Shown here: piece by piece, positions 1-8,584 of the stretch
Layout: every line of letters begins with the position of its first letter
How positions within the stretch are numbered: the stretch's first letter is position 1
From: a virus
DNA length: 34,434 nucleotides
Direction: 5' to 3' (one strand)
Virus record (IMG/VR): IMGVR_UViG_3300029124_000021
Program-made: the position numbers and the translations under genes
Notes under the pieces: model-generated
The model's input: only the letters and a program-made list of their open reading frames with translations
Database searches by the model: none
What the model was told of the DNA's origin: nothing

Positions 1-189
1 TCGGAAGTTCTGGCGACTACGCACAAATCGGAAGTTCTGGCGACTACGCACAAATCGGAAGTTCTGGCGACTACGCAAAAATCGGAAGTTCTGGCAACTC
101 CGCAAAAATCGGAAGTTCTGGCTACTACGCACAAATCGGAAGTTCTGGCAACTCCGCAAAAATCGGAAGTTCTGGCTACTACGCACAAA
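1..189 (+). repeat. Seven tandem copies of a 27-bp unit (tcggaagttctggcNactNcgcaNNaa), in-frame with the coding sequence that follows
   Basis: Exact 27-nt periodicity from position 1. Only 4 positions of the unit vary (15 g/a/t, 19 a/c, 24 c/a, 25 a/t). Each unit translates to a 9-aa repeat IGSSG(D/N/Y)(Y/S)A(Q/K). Confidence 0.95.
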
Positions 190-797
190 TTAATTCTACT
201 GGGGATGATACAGTAGTTACAGGGATTGGTTATAGAACAATAATTAAAGCTAAAAAAGGTTCGTGGATAACTCTTGCAGAATATGATCCTAATAATAATT
301 ACAAACCAGTTTGTGTAAAATCTGCTCAAATAGATGGTAAAAAATTAAAAGCAGATACTTATTATATTTTGTTAGATAAGAAATTTCAAGAATGCGTATA
401 TATTGACGGCATAATCTCTATTGTTATCAGCAAACATAAGAATGTTTATAAAGTCAGAAATTTGAATGAAACAAAAGAAAGCTTTATTGTTCAAGACGGA
501 GACATTTATTCTCACGGCTCAACAATTCAAGAGGCTAAGGATAGTTTAATTTACAAAATATCAAATCGAGATACTTCAAAATTTGATAATTACACGTTTA
601 AAACTGAATTAACTCTGAAAGAAGCAATTGAAATGTATAGAGTTATTACCGGAGCTTGTGAGAGTGGAACAAGGTATTTTGTTGAGACTGTCCTAACAGA
701 TAAAAAAGAAAAATATACTGTTCAAGAGGTTATAACTTTAACACAAGGTCAATACAATCATGAAAAGTTGGTAGAATTTTTTAAAAGAACGAATTAA
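1..797 (+). CDS. 3' portion (5'-truncated at the window edge) of a tandem-repeat protein: 9-aa repeats followed by a ~200-aa non-repetitive C-terminal domain; continues from 34108..34434
   Basis: The repeat frame (codons at positions 0 mod 3) stays open without a stop into the track ORF 369..797. The same repeat lies at the window 3' end downstream of an RBS+ATG at 34108. Confidence 0.6.
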   Translation, partial: GSSGDYAQIGSSGDYAQIGSSGDYAKIGSSGNSAKIGSSGYYAQIGSSGNSAKIGSSGYYAQINSTGDDTVVTGIGYRTIIKAKKGSWITLAEYDPNNNYKPVCVKSAQIDGKKLKADTYYILLDKKFQECVYIDGIISIVISKHKNVYKVRNLNETKESFIVQDGDIYSHGSTIQEAKDSLIYKISNRDTSKFDNYTFKTELTLKEAIEMYRVITGACESGTRYFVETVLTDKKEKYTVQEVITLTQGQYNHEKLVEFFKRTN

Positions 798-818
798 AAA
801 CGAATAAAGGGGTATAAT

Positions 819-1034
819 ATGCAATTAACTAAGAGAGAATATCAGGTATTAACCTTAGCCTGTAACTCAGATAAACAAATAGCTAAACAACTCGGAATTT
901 CATTGTCGACAGCTCACACTTATATATTCCAATTATTTAATAAATTTGTAGTAAATAACCGCAGTCAGTTGTTGGTAGAGGCTTTAAGGCAAAATGCAAT
1001 AACACTTGAAGATATAATATTGAGGTTAGAATGA
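819..1034 (+). CDS. Standalone LuxR/GerE-type HTH DNA-binding protein (71 aa)
   Basis: The sequence LTKREYQVL...SDKQIAKQLGISLSTAHTYIFQLFNKF matches the LuxR C-terminal HTH signature. RBS aaagggg lies upstream. Confidence 0.7.
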   Translation: MQLTKREYQVLTLACNSDKQIAKQLGISLSTAHTYIFQLFNKFVVNNRSQLLVEALRQNAITLEDIILRLE

Positions 1035-1387
1035 TTAGTGAAAAAGAAAAAGCTTATTATCGCAGTAATATAATTGACAAATATGTAATTGAGATTGATA
1101 CAATTCTTGAGGCAGAGGAACGAATAAAAAAGAAAAAATATGAACTTGCATGGCGATTTGAAAAACTTAAAAACAACCCTGGTTATAAACGTTGCAATAA
1201 ATGTGGAGAATATAAAAGACTTTCAGAATTTTATAAAAATCCTTTAAAAAAACAAGGAGTTTTTGATTATTGCAAAAAATGTGCAATAGCAATGGGTAAA
1301 AATAAGAAAAAAGTTGATTTAGGATTTTGGGATAAAAACGGAAAATATAAAGAAGATTTTCAAGAGATAGATTTTTCAAAGGAATGA
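1031..1387 (+). CDS. Hypothetical Zn-ribbon protein
   Basis: CNKCG...DYCKKC four-Cys ribbon; start overlaps the upstream stop (ATGA). Confidence 0.5.
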   Translation: MISEKEKAYYRSNIIDKYVIEIDTILEAEERIKKKKYELAWRFEKLKNNPGYKRCNKCGEYKRLSEFYKNPLKKQGVFDYCKKCAIAMGKNKKKVDLGFWDKNGKYKEDFQEIDFSKE

Positions 1388-1398
1388 AATATGAGGTA

Positions 1399-1422
1399 AG
1401 GCGGAAATAAAACCGCTTTCTT
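1399..1422 (+). terminator. Weak hairpin (gcgg-aaataaaa-ccgc) followed by tttctt
   Basis: Seen directly after the stop at 1387; the stem is only 4 bp. Confidence 0.3.
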
Positions 1423-1544
1423 ACATAATAATTCTTATTGGTACGTAACACTTCGTTACAAAACTTAACACAAACCCGCACGGCTACGTTGTGCCAAAAT
1501 CCGCTCAAATTGCCGTCTACATCAAATAGAGGAGAAAATTAAAA

Positions 1545-1952
1545 ATGATAATTTTACTTTTAATAAATATTTTAGAACTACTAGCAATTGTTTATTTGTT
1601 ATGGATTTTGTTTGAGCAAGTTATGAATTATGAACACTTAAACGATTTGCACGAAAATACTTTGAATAGTTTAGAAAAAATTAGAAATGAACGAGATTAC
1701 TGGCGAAATGAATATTATCGCCCCACAAGTGAAACAAAAGCAGGTTTATTAAAGAAGAATGTTGAATATATAAATACAATTAACAAAATTAAAAAAATTG
1801 CTAAAAACTCAAATATGATACCTTGTGGAGATTTTTATACTGATTGCGAAAACTGTAAAGACGAAACGACTGACAACGGTAAAACCTGTATGAGAAAAGG
1901 TTTGAAACGAATTTTGGTAGTAGTAGGAGAATTAGAAAATGAAAAAATTTAG
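1545..1952 (+). CDS. Hypothetical membrane protein (N-terminal TM, C-terminal Cys cluster)
   Basis: The N-terminus MIILLLINILELLAIVYLLWILF is hydrophobic; C-terminal motif CGDFYTDCENCKDETTDNGKTC. Confidence 0.45.
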   Translation: MIILLLINILELLAIVYLLWILFEQVMNYEHLNDLHENTLNSLEKIRNERDYWRNEYYRPTSETKAGLLKKNVEYINTINKIKKIAKNSNMIPCGDFYTDCENCKDETTDNGKTCMRKGLKRILVVVGELENEKI

Positions 1953-2127
1953 AACATTTTTTTTGAAACTTCTCTTTCCGACTTTATACAAAAGGATTAT
2001 GGGAGTTACAGCATACTGGCTAACTCTCCGACTTTTACGTGTTCGCGATATAAAAGACGAGTATGTAGATAACAGGTTAAGAGATTTTGAAACTGCAATT
2101 TGGTATTTAGAGGAGTATATAAGATGA
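1939..2127 (+). CDS. Hypothetical small protein
   Basis: ORF with overlapping start and stop in a tightly packed operon. Confidence 0.3.
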   Translation: MKKFRTFFLKLLFPTLYKRIMGVTAYWLTLRLLRVRDIKDEYVDNRLRDFETAIWYLEEYIR

Positions 2128-2588
2128 CAGATAAAGAAATAATTATTAACGGTATTGATGTAAGCGAGTGTAATTATGCAATTTTACCGAACAAACAGTG
2201 TTATATGAAATCAATGTTTTATGCAAAAGAAACAAGTTGCATTGCTTGTAAGGAACATAATACTAAACGAAATTTTTGTAAAAATAATCCAAACTGTTAT
2301 TACAAACAACTCAAACGCAAAGAACGAGAGTGTGAAGAATTGAAAAGAGAAATAGCCTTTGGGAACAATGGGAAATTGTCTGACAAAATAAGAGCCATAG
2401 TTTTTAAAAACCTAAATGCTGAAAACTCAAAATATAAGCAAGCACTTGATGAGATTGAGAAACAAGTAAAAGCTATGAATAATGAGTGCTTTTATGATGA
2501 TATTTGCGATTGTAATAATTGCGATATGAAAAACGGTTGTTCTTATTATAGGAAATTTAACCATTTTATGAGCAGGCAATCCCGATAA
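2100..2588 (+). CDS. Hypothetical Cys-rich protein (multiple CxxC pairs)
   Basis: CIACKEH...CKNNPNC and CDCNNCDMKNGC clusters suggest metal binding; function unknown. Confidence 0.45.
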   Translation: MVFRGVYKMTDKEIIINGIDVSECNYAILPNKQCYMKSMFYAKETSCIACKEHNTKRNFCKNNPNCYYKQLKRKERECEELKREIAFGNNGKLSDKIRAIVFKNLNAENSKYKQALDEIEKQVKAMNNECFYDDICDCNNCDMKNGCSYYRKFNHFMSRQSR

Positions 2589-2722
2589 TGACTGCAAGAG
2601 CGGGGAATATACAAGCACTCACAGAGTTTTTAAGTTTAGTGGAATATCACGCAGTGTTTTTATATATGGTAGAAGAGGCAAGCAATGATAAGTTTGCACT
2701 AGAGTACACGGAGAGGTTTTAA
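2588..2722 (+). CDS. Small 44-aa ORF translationally coupled on both sides (TAATG overlaps)
   Basis: Its ATG overlaps the stop at 2586-2588 and its stop overlaps the ATG at 2722. Below the ORF-track size cut-off. Confidence 0.3.
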   Translation: MTARAGNIQALTEFLSLVEYHAVFLYMVEEASNDKFALEYTERF

Positions 2723-3318
2723 TGAACATTTTAAATCTTTATGCTGGTATTGGTGGAAATCGTAAATTATGGGGAAACGAACATAATATTATAGCTGTAG
2801 AATATGATGAAAAAATTGCTAATGTTTATAAGGAATTTTTCCCAAAAGATACAGTAATAGTTGATGACGCACACGAATATTTATTAAAACATTATAAGGA
2901 ATTTGATTTTATATGGAGTTCTCCACCTTGTGTAACTCACAGTAAGCTTATATTAGGGAATATTAACAAGCCAAATTGTTTTCATTATCCAGATATGAAA
3001 TTATATCAAGAAATTATTCTATTAAAAACTTTTTGTAAAACCAAATGGGTTATTGAAAATGTAAAACCGTACTATAAGCCCTTAATAGAACCATCTTTTA
3101 ATATTGGGAGACATAACTTTTGGAGTTCAGATTTTATTCTAACTATTCAGCGTACTTTGAACCATTCTCAAATACGTAACAACAGAAATTTACTAGCAAA
3201 AAGTTTAGGATTTGATATTAACCATTTAAAAAATAAAAACATTGATGTAAGACAGGTTTTAAGAAATTGTGTAGAACCAGAAATAGGTAAATATATTTTT
3301 AATCAAATCACTTCTTAA
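2722..3318 (+). CDS. Minimal DNA (cytosine-5)-methyltransferase-like protein (198 aa) retaining motifs I, II, IV and VI only
   Basis: LYAGIGG (motif I FxGxGG), AVEYDEKIANVY (motif II), SSPPCV (PC motif IV), VIENV (ENV motif VI). No target-recognition domain or motifs IX/X before the stop. Confidence 0.6.
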   Translation: MNILNLYAGIGGNRKLWGNEHNIIAVEYDEKIANVYKEFFPKDTVIVDDAHEYLLKHYKEFDFIWSSPPCVTHSKLILGNINKPNCFHYPDMKLYQEIILLKTFCKTKWVIENVKPYYKPLIEPSFNIGRHNFWSSDFILTIQRTLNHSQIRNNRNLLAKSLGFDINHLKNKNIDVRQVLRNCVEPEIGKYIFNQITS

Positions 3319-3329
3319 TTGTTTTGTTT

Positions 3330-3364
3330 CGAGGTTGAGCCACTGGCTTGACCTCGTTTTTTTG
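3330..3364 (+). terminator. Rho-independent terminator (cgaggt...acctcg stem with inner agcca/tggct pairing, then T7)
   Basis: GC-rich extended hairpin immediately followed by ttttttt, downstream of the stop at 3318. Confidence 0.75.
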
Positions 3365-3370
3365 TGCGTA

Positions 3371-3396
3371 AAAAAATAGGGTGATTGACACCCCGC
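3371..3396 (-). terminator. Convergent minus-strand terminator (gggtg-attga-caccc; the T-run is the plus-strand a7 at 3371-3377)
   Basis: Read on the minus strand the hairpin is followed by tattttttt, downstream of the minus ORF 3417..3551. Confidence 0.5.
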
Positions 3397-3416
3397 TTTC
3401 ATACTTCCGTTTTGTG

Positions 3417-3551
3417 CTATTTCAAAACTTTTATCTCATAGTTTTGAATAAGCTCATTGATTAAATCGGAAATATTAAACCCTAAGAGCCTTAATAACAT
3501 TAATTTTTGAGAAATAGTTCTATTTTGAATTTTGATTTTAATAAACTCCAT
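3417..3551 (-). CDS. Small 44-aa protein with a possible ribbon-helix-helix-like pattern
   Basis: Translation MEFIKIKIQNRTISQKLMLLRLLGFNISDLINELIQNYEIKVLK reads as strand-helix-turn-helix. RBS aagggg lies 7 nt upstream on the minus strand and the gene has its own terminator. Confidence 0.4.
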   Translation of the reverse strand: MEFIKIKIQNRTISQKLMLLRLLGFNISDLINELIQNYEIKVLK

Positions 3552-3624
3552 ACATAACCCCTTGTCTATTGATTTTATTTTCTTTCTAAGATATGTTATT
3601 TACATTCTCTAGAAGGGGGATTAT

Positions 3625-4032
3625 TTGAAACCAGTTAGGCAATTTATGAAAAAGATTTTAATTTTAACAACGATAATATTTATTTCACTTCCTGCTATTG
3701 CAAAGCAAAGAATTTATGCTGAAAAGGTTTATCAGGCGCAGTGGTGTAAAGCTCACAACGGTAAAATGGAATATAGGCTTAATGATAAAGCTCGTGTTGA
3801 TTGTGTAACAGATACTCTTGCAGTTGAATTTGATTTTGCAAACAAATGGGCTGAATGTGTTGGGCAAGCCTTGTATTATGGTCGACAAACAAAGAAACAA
3901 CCGGCTTGTGTTTTAATTATGGAAAATGAAGAAAAGGATTTAAAATACTTATATCGTTTACGTCGTGCTGCATATAAAAAAGGGGTGAACATGCGTACCT
4001 TTACAATTAAGCCTGAACAAATAAAAAATTAA
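3625..4032 (+). CDS. Secreted/periplasmic protein of unknown function (Sec signal peptide, AIA|KQ cleavage site)
   Basis: MKKILILTTIIFISLPAIA signal; strong RBS aaggggga before a TTG start at 3625; mature part VDCVTDTLAVEFDFANKW has no family I can name. Confidence 0.55.
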   Translation: MKPVRQFMKKILILTTIIFISLPAIAKQRIYAEKVYQAQWCKAHNGKMEYRLNDKARVDCVTDTLAVEFDFANKWAECVGQALYYGRQTKKQPACVLIMENEEKDLKYLYRLRRAAYKKGVNMRTFTIKPEQIKN

Positions 4033-4076
4033 GTCAGTAGTTATTTTACACGATATATTTTTTGTCAAAATCTTTT

Positions 4077-4092
4077 AACCTAAAAATAGGTT
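4077..4092. promoter_or_regulatory. Perfect palindrome aaccta-aaaa-taggtt upstream of the late (packaging) operon
   Basis: 6-bp inverted half-sites with a 4-bp spacer, ~20 bp upstream of the 4105/4111 start. Confidence 0.3.
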
Positions 4093-4104
4093 AGAAAAAA
4101 GGTT

Positions 4105-4611
4105 TTGATTATGGGAACGCAAATTGTTCAACAGTTTTCTTTATTTACAAGTGATGAGATAGATCCACTTCTTAATCGGACAGTAAAAGGTAAGGTTGCC
4201 AAAAAACGTGTTCGGTACAAAAAGCCGACGTACACAAAAAAGTATGAATTAATCAGGTTTAATGAATTTACGGAAGAATGGGTACAAGATAGTGACGAAA
4301 AGCATATTTACAGAATAAGAACACTACAAAAAATTTATTCGTTACTTTTTACATATTGTGGATTTTCTCCTTTTGCAAATGAAAGTGTTATAAAACGTCT
4401 GAAACATACGCCAACACAGGATTGGACACTTTGGGAAACTGCTACAATGGTTCGTATAGAAGAATTAGACAAAAAAGGGTACACAGTGCATTTTGATGAA
4501 GAATTTGGAAATCAATTCGAAATCAAAGGTACTGAAATGAAAAGTATTAAAGAACGTTTAAAAGCTCATATAAGCCTTTTAAGACGCTTGAAAAGGGGTG
4601 AAAGGTTATGA
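4105..4611 (+). CDS. Hypothetical protein immediately upstream of terS (likely ATG at 4111)
   Basis: ORF whose stop overlaps the terS start (ATGA). Basic N-terminal region. Function unknown. Confidence 0.5.
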   Translation: MIMGTQIVQQFSLFTSDEIDPLLNRTVKGKVAKKRVRYKKPTYTKKYELIRFNEFTEEWVQDSDEKHIYRIRTLQKIYSLLFTYCGFSPFANESVIKRLKHTPTQDWTLWETATMVRIEELDKKGYTVHFDEEFGNQFEIKGTEMKSIKERLKAHISLLRRLKRGERL

Positions 4612-5030
4612 AAAAATTAACACCTAAACAAGAAAAATTTTGTCAAGAATTTATTAAATGTGGAAATGCAAGTAAAAGTTATAGAATTGCATATAATACT
4701 TCTAATATGAAATCAGAAACAATTAATAGAACCTCTTTTGATTTAATGCAAGACCCCAACATAACCGCAAGGATAAAAAGTTTGAATGAAGAAATAAAAA
4801 ATAAATCTATTGCTGATGCAGAAGAAATTCAAATGCTTATGACAAAACTTTTACGTGGGGAAGAAGTAGAAGAAGTTCCGATGATGTCTGATGATGGAGT
4901 TGTTATGGCAAGAAAAAAAGTTACGCCAAAAGACAGAATTAAAGCCGGGGAAACTCTTGCAAAAATGCGGGGATATTTTGATATTAAGGTAAAAATTGAT
5001 AATATTCCAATAATAAGGGATAATATTTAA
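4608..5030 (+). CDS. terS: Terminase small subunit (Terminase_2 / P27 family)
   Basis: LTPKQEKFCQEFIKCGNASKSY is the characteristic N-terminal motif; sits immediately upstream of terL. Confidence 0.85.
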   Translation: MKKLTPKQEKFCQEFIKCGNASKSYRIAYNTSNMKSETINRTSFDLMQDPNITARIKSLNEEIKNKSIADAEEIQMLMTKLLRGEEVEEVPMMSDDGVVMARKKVTPKDRIKAGETLAKMRGYFDIKVKIDNIPIIRDNI

Positions 5031-6277
5031 TGATTGATTTACGAGATGTTATTATTCCAAAATTTTATGATGTTCATAAGGATATTAAGGCGAGAAAACA
5101 TACACATTACTGGTTTAAAGGGGGGCGTGGTTCTACTAAATCTTCTTTTATTAGTCTTGAAATAGTTTTGAATGTAATGAGAGATAGTAAATGTAATGTA
5201 ATATGTTTTCGTAAAATTGGAAAAGATATTGAAGAAAGCGTTTATAATCAAATATTGTGGGCAATTGATGTATTAGGTGTTCAAGATTATTTTAAAGCAA
5301 CCAAATCACCTTATCGAATAGTTTATGAGCCAACGGGACAAATTATATCGTTCAGGGGACTTGATGATGCAAAAAAAACAAAATCTATAAAACTTCAAAA
5401 GGGATATTATAAAATATCTTGGTTTGAAGAACTTGACGAATTTTCAGGGATTGAAGAAGTCAGAAAGGCTGAACAATCTGTAATGCGTGGGGGAAACGGG
5501 TTTATAGCTTTTAAATCTTATAACCCGCCACAAAATATTAATAATTGGGTAAATAAAGAAGTTTTACACGAAAGAAAAGACCGTATAATTACGCATAATA
5601 CTTATTTAGATGTTCCAAAAGACTGGTTAGGGGAGCAGTTTTTTATAGAAGCTGAATTTCTAAAACAATTTAATGAGTTGGCTTTTCGCCATGAGTATAT
5701 GGGAGAAGTAACCGGAAACGGTGGTATAATTTTTCAAAACGTTAAAAATTTACAAATTACAGATGAAATGATAAGACAATTTGACCAGTTACGAGAGGGG
5801 ATAGACTGGGGGTTTGCTGCAGACCCCTTTGCATGGAATAAAATGCACTATGATAAAACAAGAAGATGTTTATACATTTATGATGAAATTCACAAAACAG
5901 GACTTACAAATCCTCAAGCTATGGATTTAATAAAAACAAAAACTCAATGTAAAATTATTGCAGATAGTGCAGAACCAAAATCAATTGCGGAATTTCAGAT
6001 AAATAATTTTAATATTGTAGGAGCTATTAAAGGTCCTGACAGTGTTCGTTATGGGATAAAATGGTTACAACAACTTGCATATATTTATATTGATAAAGAA
6101 AGATGCCCTCATACATTCGATGAATTTTCTTTGTATGAGTTGGAAAAAGATAAAAACGGGGATTTCAAAGATAAATATCCTGATAAAAATAATCACCATA
6201 TTGATACAATACGTTACGCCCTTTCAGATGATATTGATAGAAACAATATTACGCCAATTAAAGGTTTACGTTTATAA
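5030..6277 (+). CDS. terL: Terminase large subunit, PBSX (XtmB) family
   Basis: Walker A WFKGGRGSTKSS near the N-terminus; 415 aa; position between terS and portal. Confidence 0.9.
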   Translation: MIDLRDVIIPKFYDVHKDIKARKHTHYWFKGGRGSTKSSFISLEIVLNVMRDSKCNVICFRKIGKDIEESVYNQILWAIDVLGVQDYFKATKSPYRIVYEPTGQIISFRGLDDAKKTKSIKLQKGYYKISWFEELDEFSGIEEVRKAEQSVMRGGNGFIAFKSYNPPQNINNWVNKEVLHERKDRIITHNTYLDVPKDWLGEQFFIEAEFLKQFNELAFRHEYMGEVTGNGGIIFQNVKNLQITDEMIRQFDQLREGIDWGFAADPFAWNKMHYDKTRRCLYIYDEIHKTGLTNPQAMDLIKTKTQCKIIADSAEPKSIAEFQINNFNIVGAIKGPDSVRYGIKWLQQLAYIYIDKERCPHTFDEFSLYELEKDKNGDFKDKYPDKNNHHIDTIRYALSDDIDRNNITPIKGLRL

Positions 6278-6324
6278 GCCCGTTTTATAAGGTTTTATCA
6301 TCATATTAAGGAGATTTTATAAAT

Positions 6325-7689
6325 ATGATGTATCAGATTGAGGCTGACAATAACGAAATAAATAAAACTAATGTAGCGGAGTGGTTAAGAATTTTTCAGA
6401 CTTGTATTTTACCCGAAAGACAAAAACTAGGGGCATATTATATGGGTAAAAATAAGATTGAGAAACAAGGAGTTGTTCAAGGTCGCCCGAATTATTTAAT
6501 TAATGTTAATATGGCTAAGTATATCACAGATGTTGCAACCGGTTATTTTATTGGCAAGCCTGCAATTTATGAAGCAGTAGGGGAGAGCACAAAATCAGCA
6601 CTTGACAAGCTCATGGATATTAACAAAAATTGTCGTGGTGAAGAAATAGACTTTGAAGTTGCAAGTGATATGTCTATTTATGGTGTTGGTTATCAATTAT
6701 TGATGGTAAAAGAAGGGCAAGACCCGATTGAGCAACGTATTGTATTTAAGCGTTTAAGCCCGTTATTTACTTTTTATGTTACTGATAACACTATTTTGCG
6801 TAATCCTTTATGTGCTATTTATTATTACACATATTTGGAAAACAAACAGACTAAAAATCGTGCGTATGTGTATGACAATGAAAATTTATATATCTTTGAC
6901 GGCTTTGGATTAGCGTTAGAGTTATCAGAAGTAACTCCGCACAATATGGGACAAATTCCGCTATTGCAGACAATTAACAATGACAAAGCAATGGGGGATT
7001 ACCTTTCTGTTGTTGATTTGTTGGATAGTTTAAGTTTAAGTTTATCAAATAATACAGACGACTTACAATCTATCGCAAATGCAATTCTTGCGGCAAGCGG
7101 TGGCACACTTAATAAGGAACAAATTCAATTAATTAACCAATATCGTACTGCTAATTTGCCGGTTGGTGCCGATATGAAATGGGTTGTTAAAGACCTTAAT
7201 CCTGATGCAATTAAAGACCATGTTGACCGCCTTATGGATTTTATTTTTCAAATTTCGCTCGTACCCGACTTAACAGATGATGCCTTTGCGGGTAATCTTT
7301 CAGGTGTTGCGATGGAGTTCAAAATGTGGGGTATTGACCAGTTATGGACAGCAAAAGAACGAAAATATAAAACAACATTGTACAAACGTATTAAAATGCT
7401 TTTGCACCTTTTGCAATATCAGATTAAGAACGATTTTGAGTTTTCAAAAGATATTTCAATCACTTTTTACAAAAATTTACCGCAAAATATGCAGCAAGAT
7501 TATGATATTGCACAAAATTTAGCCGGTATTATCTCGCTTAAAACTTTATTGAAAAATATTTCTATTGTCAAAGATGTTGACAAAGAGATTGAGCAAATCC
7601 ACGAGGATGAACAACGAAAAGCGGACACATACGGCTTTAATAACCCGATTAACAATAAAGATGTAAATGACGATGGCAAAGATGAGTAA
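6325..7689 (+). CDS. Portal protein (SPP1 gp6-like size and position)
   Basis: 454 aa, directly after terL and before the MuF-like gene. Confidence 0.75.
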   Translation: MMYQIEADNNEINKTNVAEWLRIFQTCILPERQKLGAYYMGKNKIEKQGVVQGRPNYLINVNMAKYITDVATGYFIGKPAIYEAVGESTKSALDKLMDINKNCRGEEIDFEVASDMSIYGVGYQLLMVKEGQDPIEQRIVFKRLSPLFTFYVTDNTILRNPLCAIYYYTYLENKQTKNRAYVYDNENLYIFDGFGLALELSEVTPHNMGQIPLLQTINNDKAMGDYLSVVDLLDSLSLSLSNNTDDLQSIANAILAASGGTLNKEQIQLINQYRTANLPVGADMKWVVKDLNPDAIKDHVDRLMDFIFQISLVPDLTDDAFAGNLSGVAMEFKMWGIDQLWTAKERKYKTTLYKRIKMLLHLLQYQIKNDFEFSKDISITFYKNLPQNMQQDYDIAQNLAGIISLKTLLKNISIVKDVDKEIEQIHEDEQRKADTYGFNNPINNKDVNDDGKDE

Positions 7690-8584
7690 AAATTATTGGC
7701 AAGAGCGTAGCAGGCTTAATAAATTGCGTGTTTTACATCTTGGGGAGCGCTTTATTAATGAGCTTAAAAAGGTTTTAAAGGGTAATCTTGATGATATTGA
7801 CAAAGAGATTAAGGCTTTTTATGACAAATACGGAGATAATCCCGCTGAAAAACTGTCTTATGAAGAATTTCAAAAGTATAAAGCAAATCTAATAAAAAAA
7901 GCTAAGAAATACCCGAAAGACAAGATTTTGCAAAAACAAGCAAAGCAAGACATACCGAAATACAAAATTGACCGCTTACGACAACTTGAAACAGAACTAC
8001 AAATAAAGCTTGCCAGTGCCACTGCAACGCAAGAAACGGCAATTAAAAGCAATTTAGCAGAGGTTGCATTTATATCAAATAAAGCCACTGTTGAAATGTT
8101 TAAAGATGGCTTAGGGCTTAATCTCGGTGGAATTTCTGAACGCAAAATTAAACAAGTCATAATGACTGATTGGCTTGGTGGTAAAAATTGGAGTGAGCGA
8201 ATTTGGGAAGATAGAGAAAAGCTTGGGCAAAATGTCAAAGAAATAATGAAAAAGGGAACTACTCAGGGTTATGGTTATCGCAAGATGGCAACTGAACTTA
8301 AAGGCAATATGTCGAGTAGTTTTAATAACGCTTTCAGGCTTATTAGAACAGAGGGGGCATTTATCCAGTCCGCAGCAACTCTTGAAAGCTACAAAGAGGC
8401 ACAAGAGGAGCTTGAAGAAAAAATGCAGTACAAATATGACGCTTTTCTCGATGACAGAACTTCAAGTATCTGTAAAGAGCTTAATAATAAGACATTTTGG
8501 GTAGATGATGCGGTTGTTGGTGAGAATTTCCCTCCAATGCACCCAAATTGTCGTTCAACTACACAATTAATTATTCCTGATTAA
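7667..8584 (+). CDS. Minor head / head morphogenesis protein (SPP1 gp7 / Mu F family)
   Basis: C-terminal FPPMHPNCRSTT matches the conserved PP-HPNCRC motif of the Phage_Mu_F domain. Confidence 0.85.
   Translation: MTMAKMSKNYWQERSRLNKLRVLHLGERFINELKKVLKGNLDDIDKEIKAFYDKYGDNPAEKLSYEEFQKYKANLIKKAKKYPKDKILQKQAKQDIPKYKIDRLRQLETELQIKLASATATQETAIKSNLAEVAFISNKATVEMFKDGLGLNLGGISERKIKQVIMTDWLGGKNWSERIWEDREKLGQNVKEIMKKGTTQGYGYRKMATELKGNMSSSFNNAFRLIRTEGAFIQSAATLESYKEAQEELEEKMQYKYDAFLDDRTSSICKELNNKTFWVDDAVVGENFPPMHPNCRSTTQLIIPD

Noticed and set aside
1-189. The 27-bp tandem repeats at both window ends as CRISPR arrays
   Set aside because: The units are contiguous with no spacers, maintain an open reading frame with a proper RBS+ATG upstream (34108), and run into a non-repetitive C-terminal coding domain. 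No cas genes are present.
1167-1508. Antisense and alternative-frame track ORFs at 1167..1508(-), 2427..2618(-), 3685..3900(-), 5039..5251(-), 6075..6290(+), 7277..7522(+), 7870..8238(-), 8111..8404(-), 8271..8504(+), 9727..10152(-), 9758..10066(+), 9965..10306(-), 11091..11339(-), 12407..12598(-), 15897..16190(+), 16033..16215(+), 19328..19525(-), 19420..19614(-), 20245..20430(-), 22691..22906(-), 22710..22892(+), 22958..23143(-), 23439..23660(-), 25747..25947(-), 27249..27497(-), 27747..27950(-), 29329..29541(-), 32160..32351(-), 32243..32440(-), 32353..32559(-), 32575..32844(-), 32923..33129(-), 33177..33404(-), 34023..34238(-)
   Set aside because: Each lies within or opposite a longer ORF with recognisable motifs or synteny, has low-complexity or hydrophobic shadow-frame composition, and lacks its own RBS; treated as non-coding shadows.
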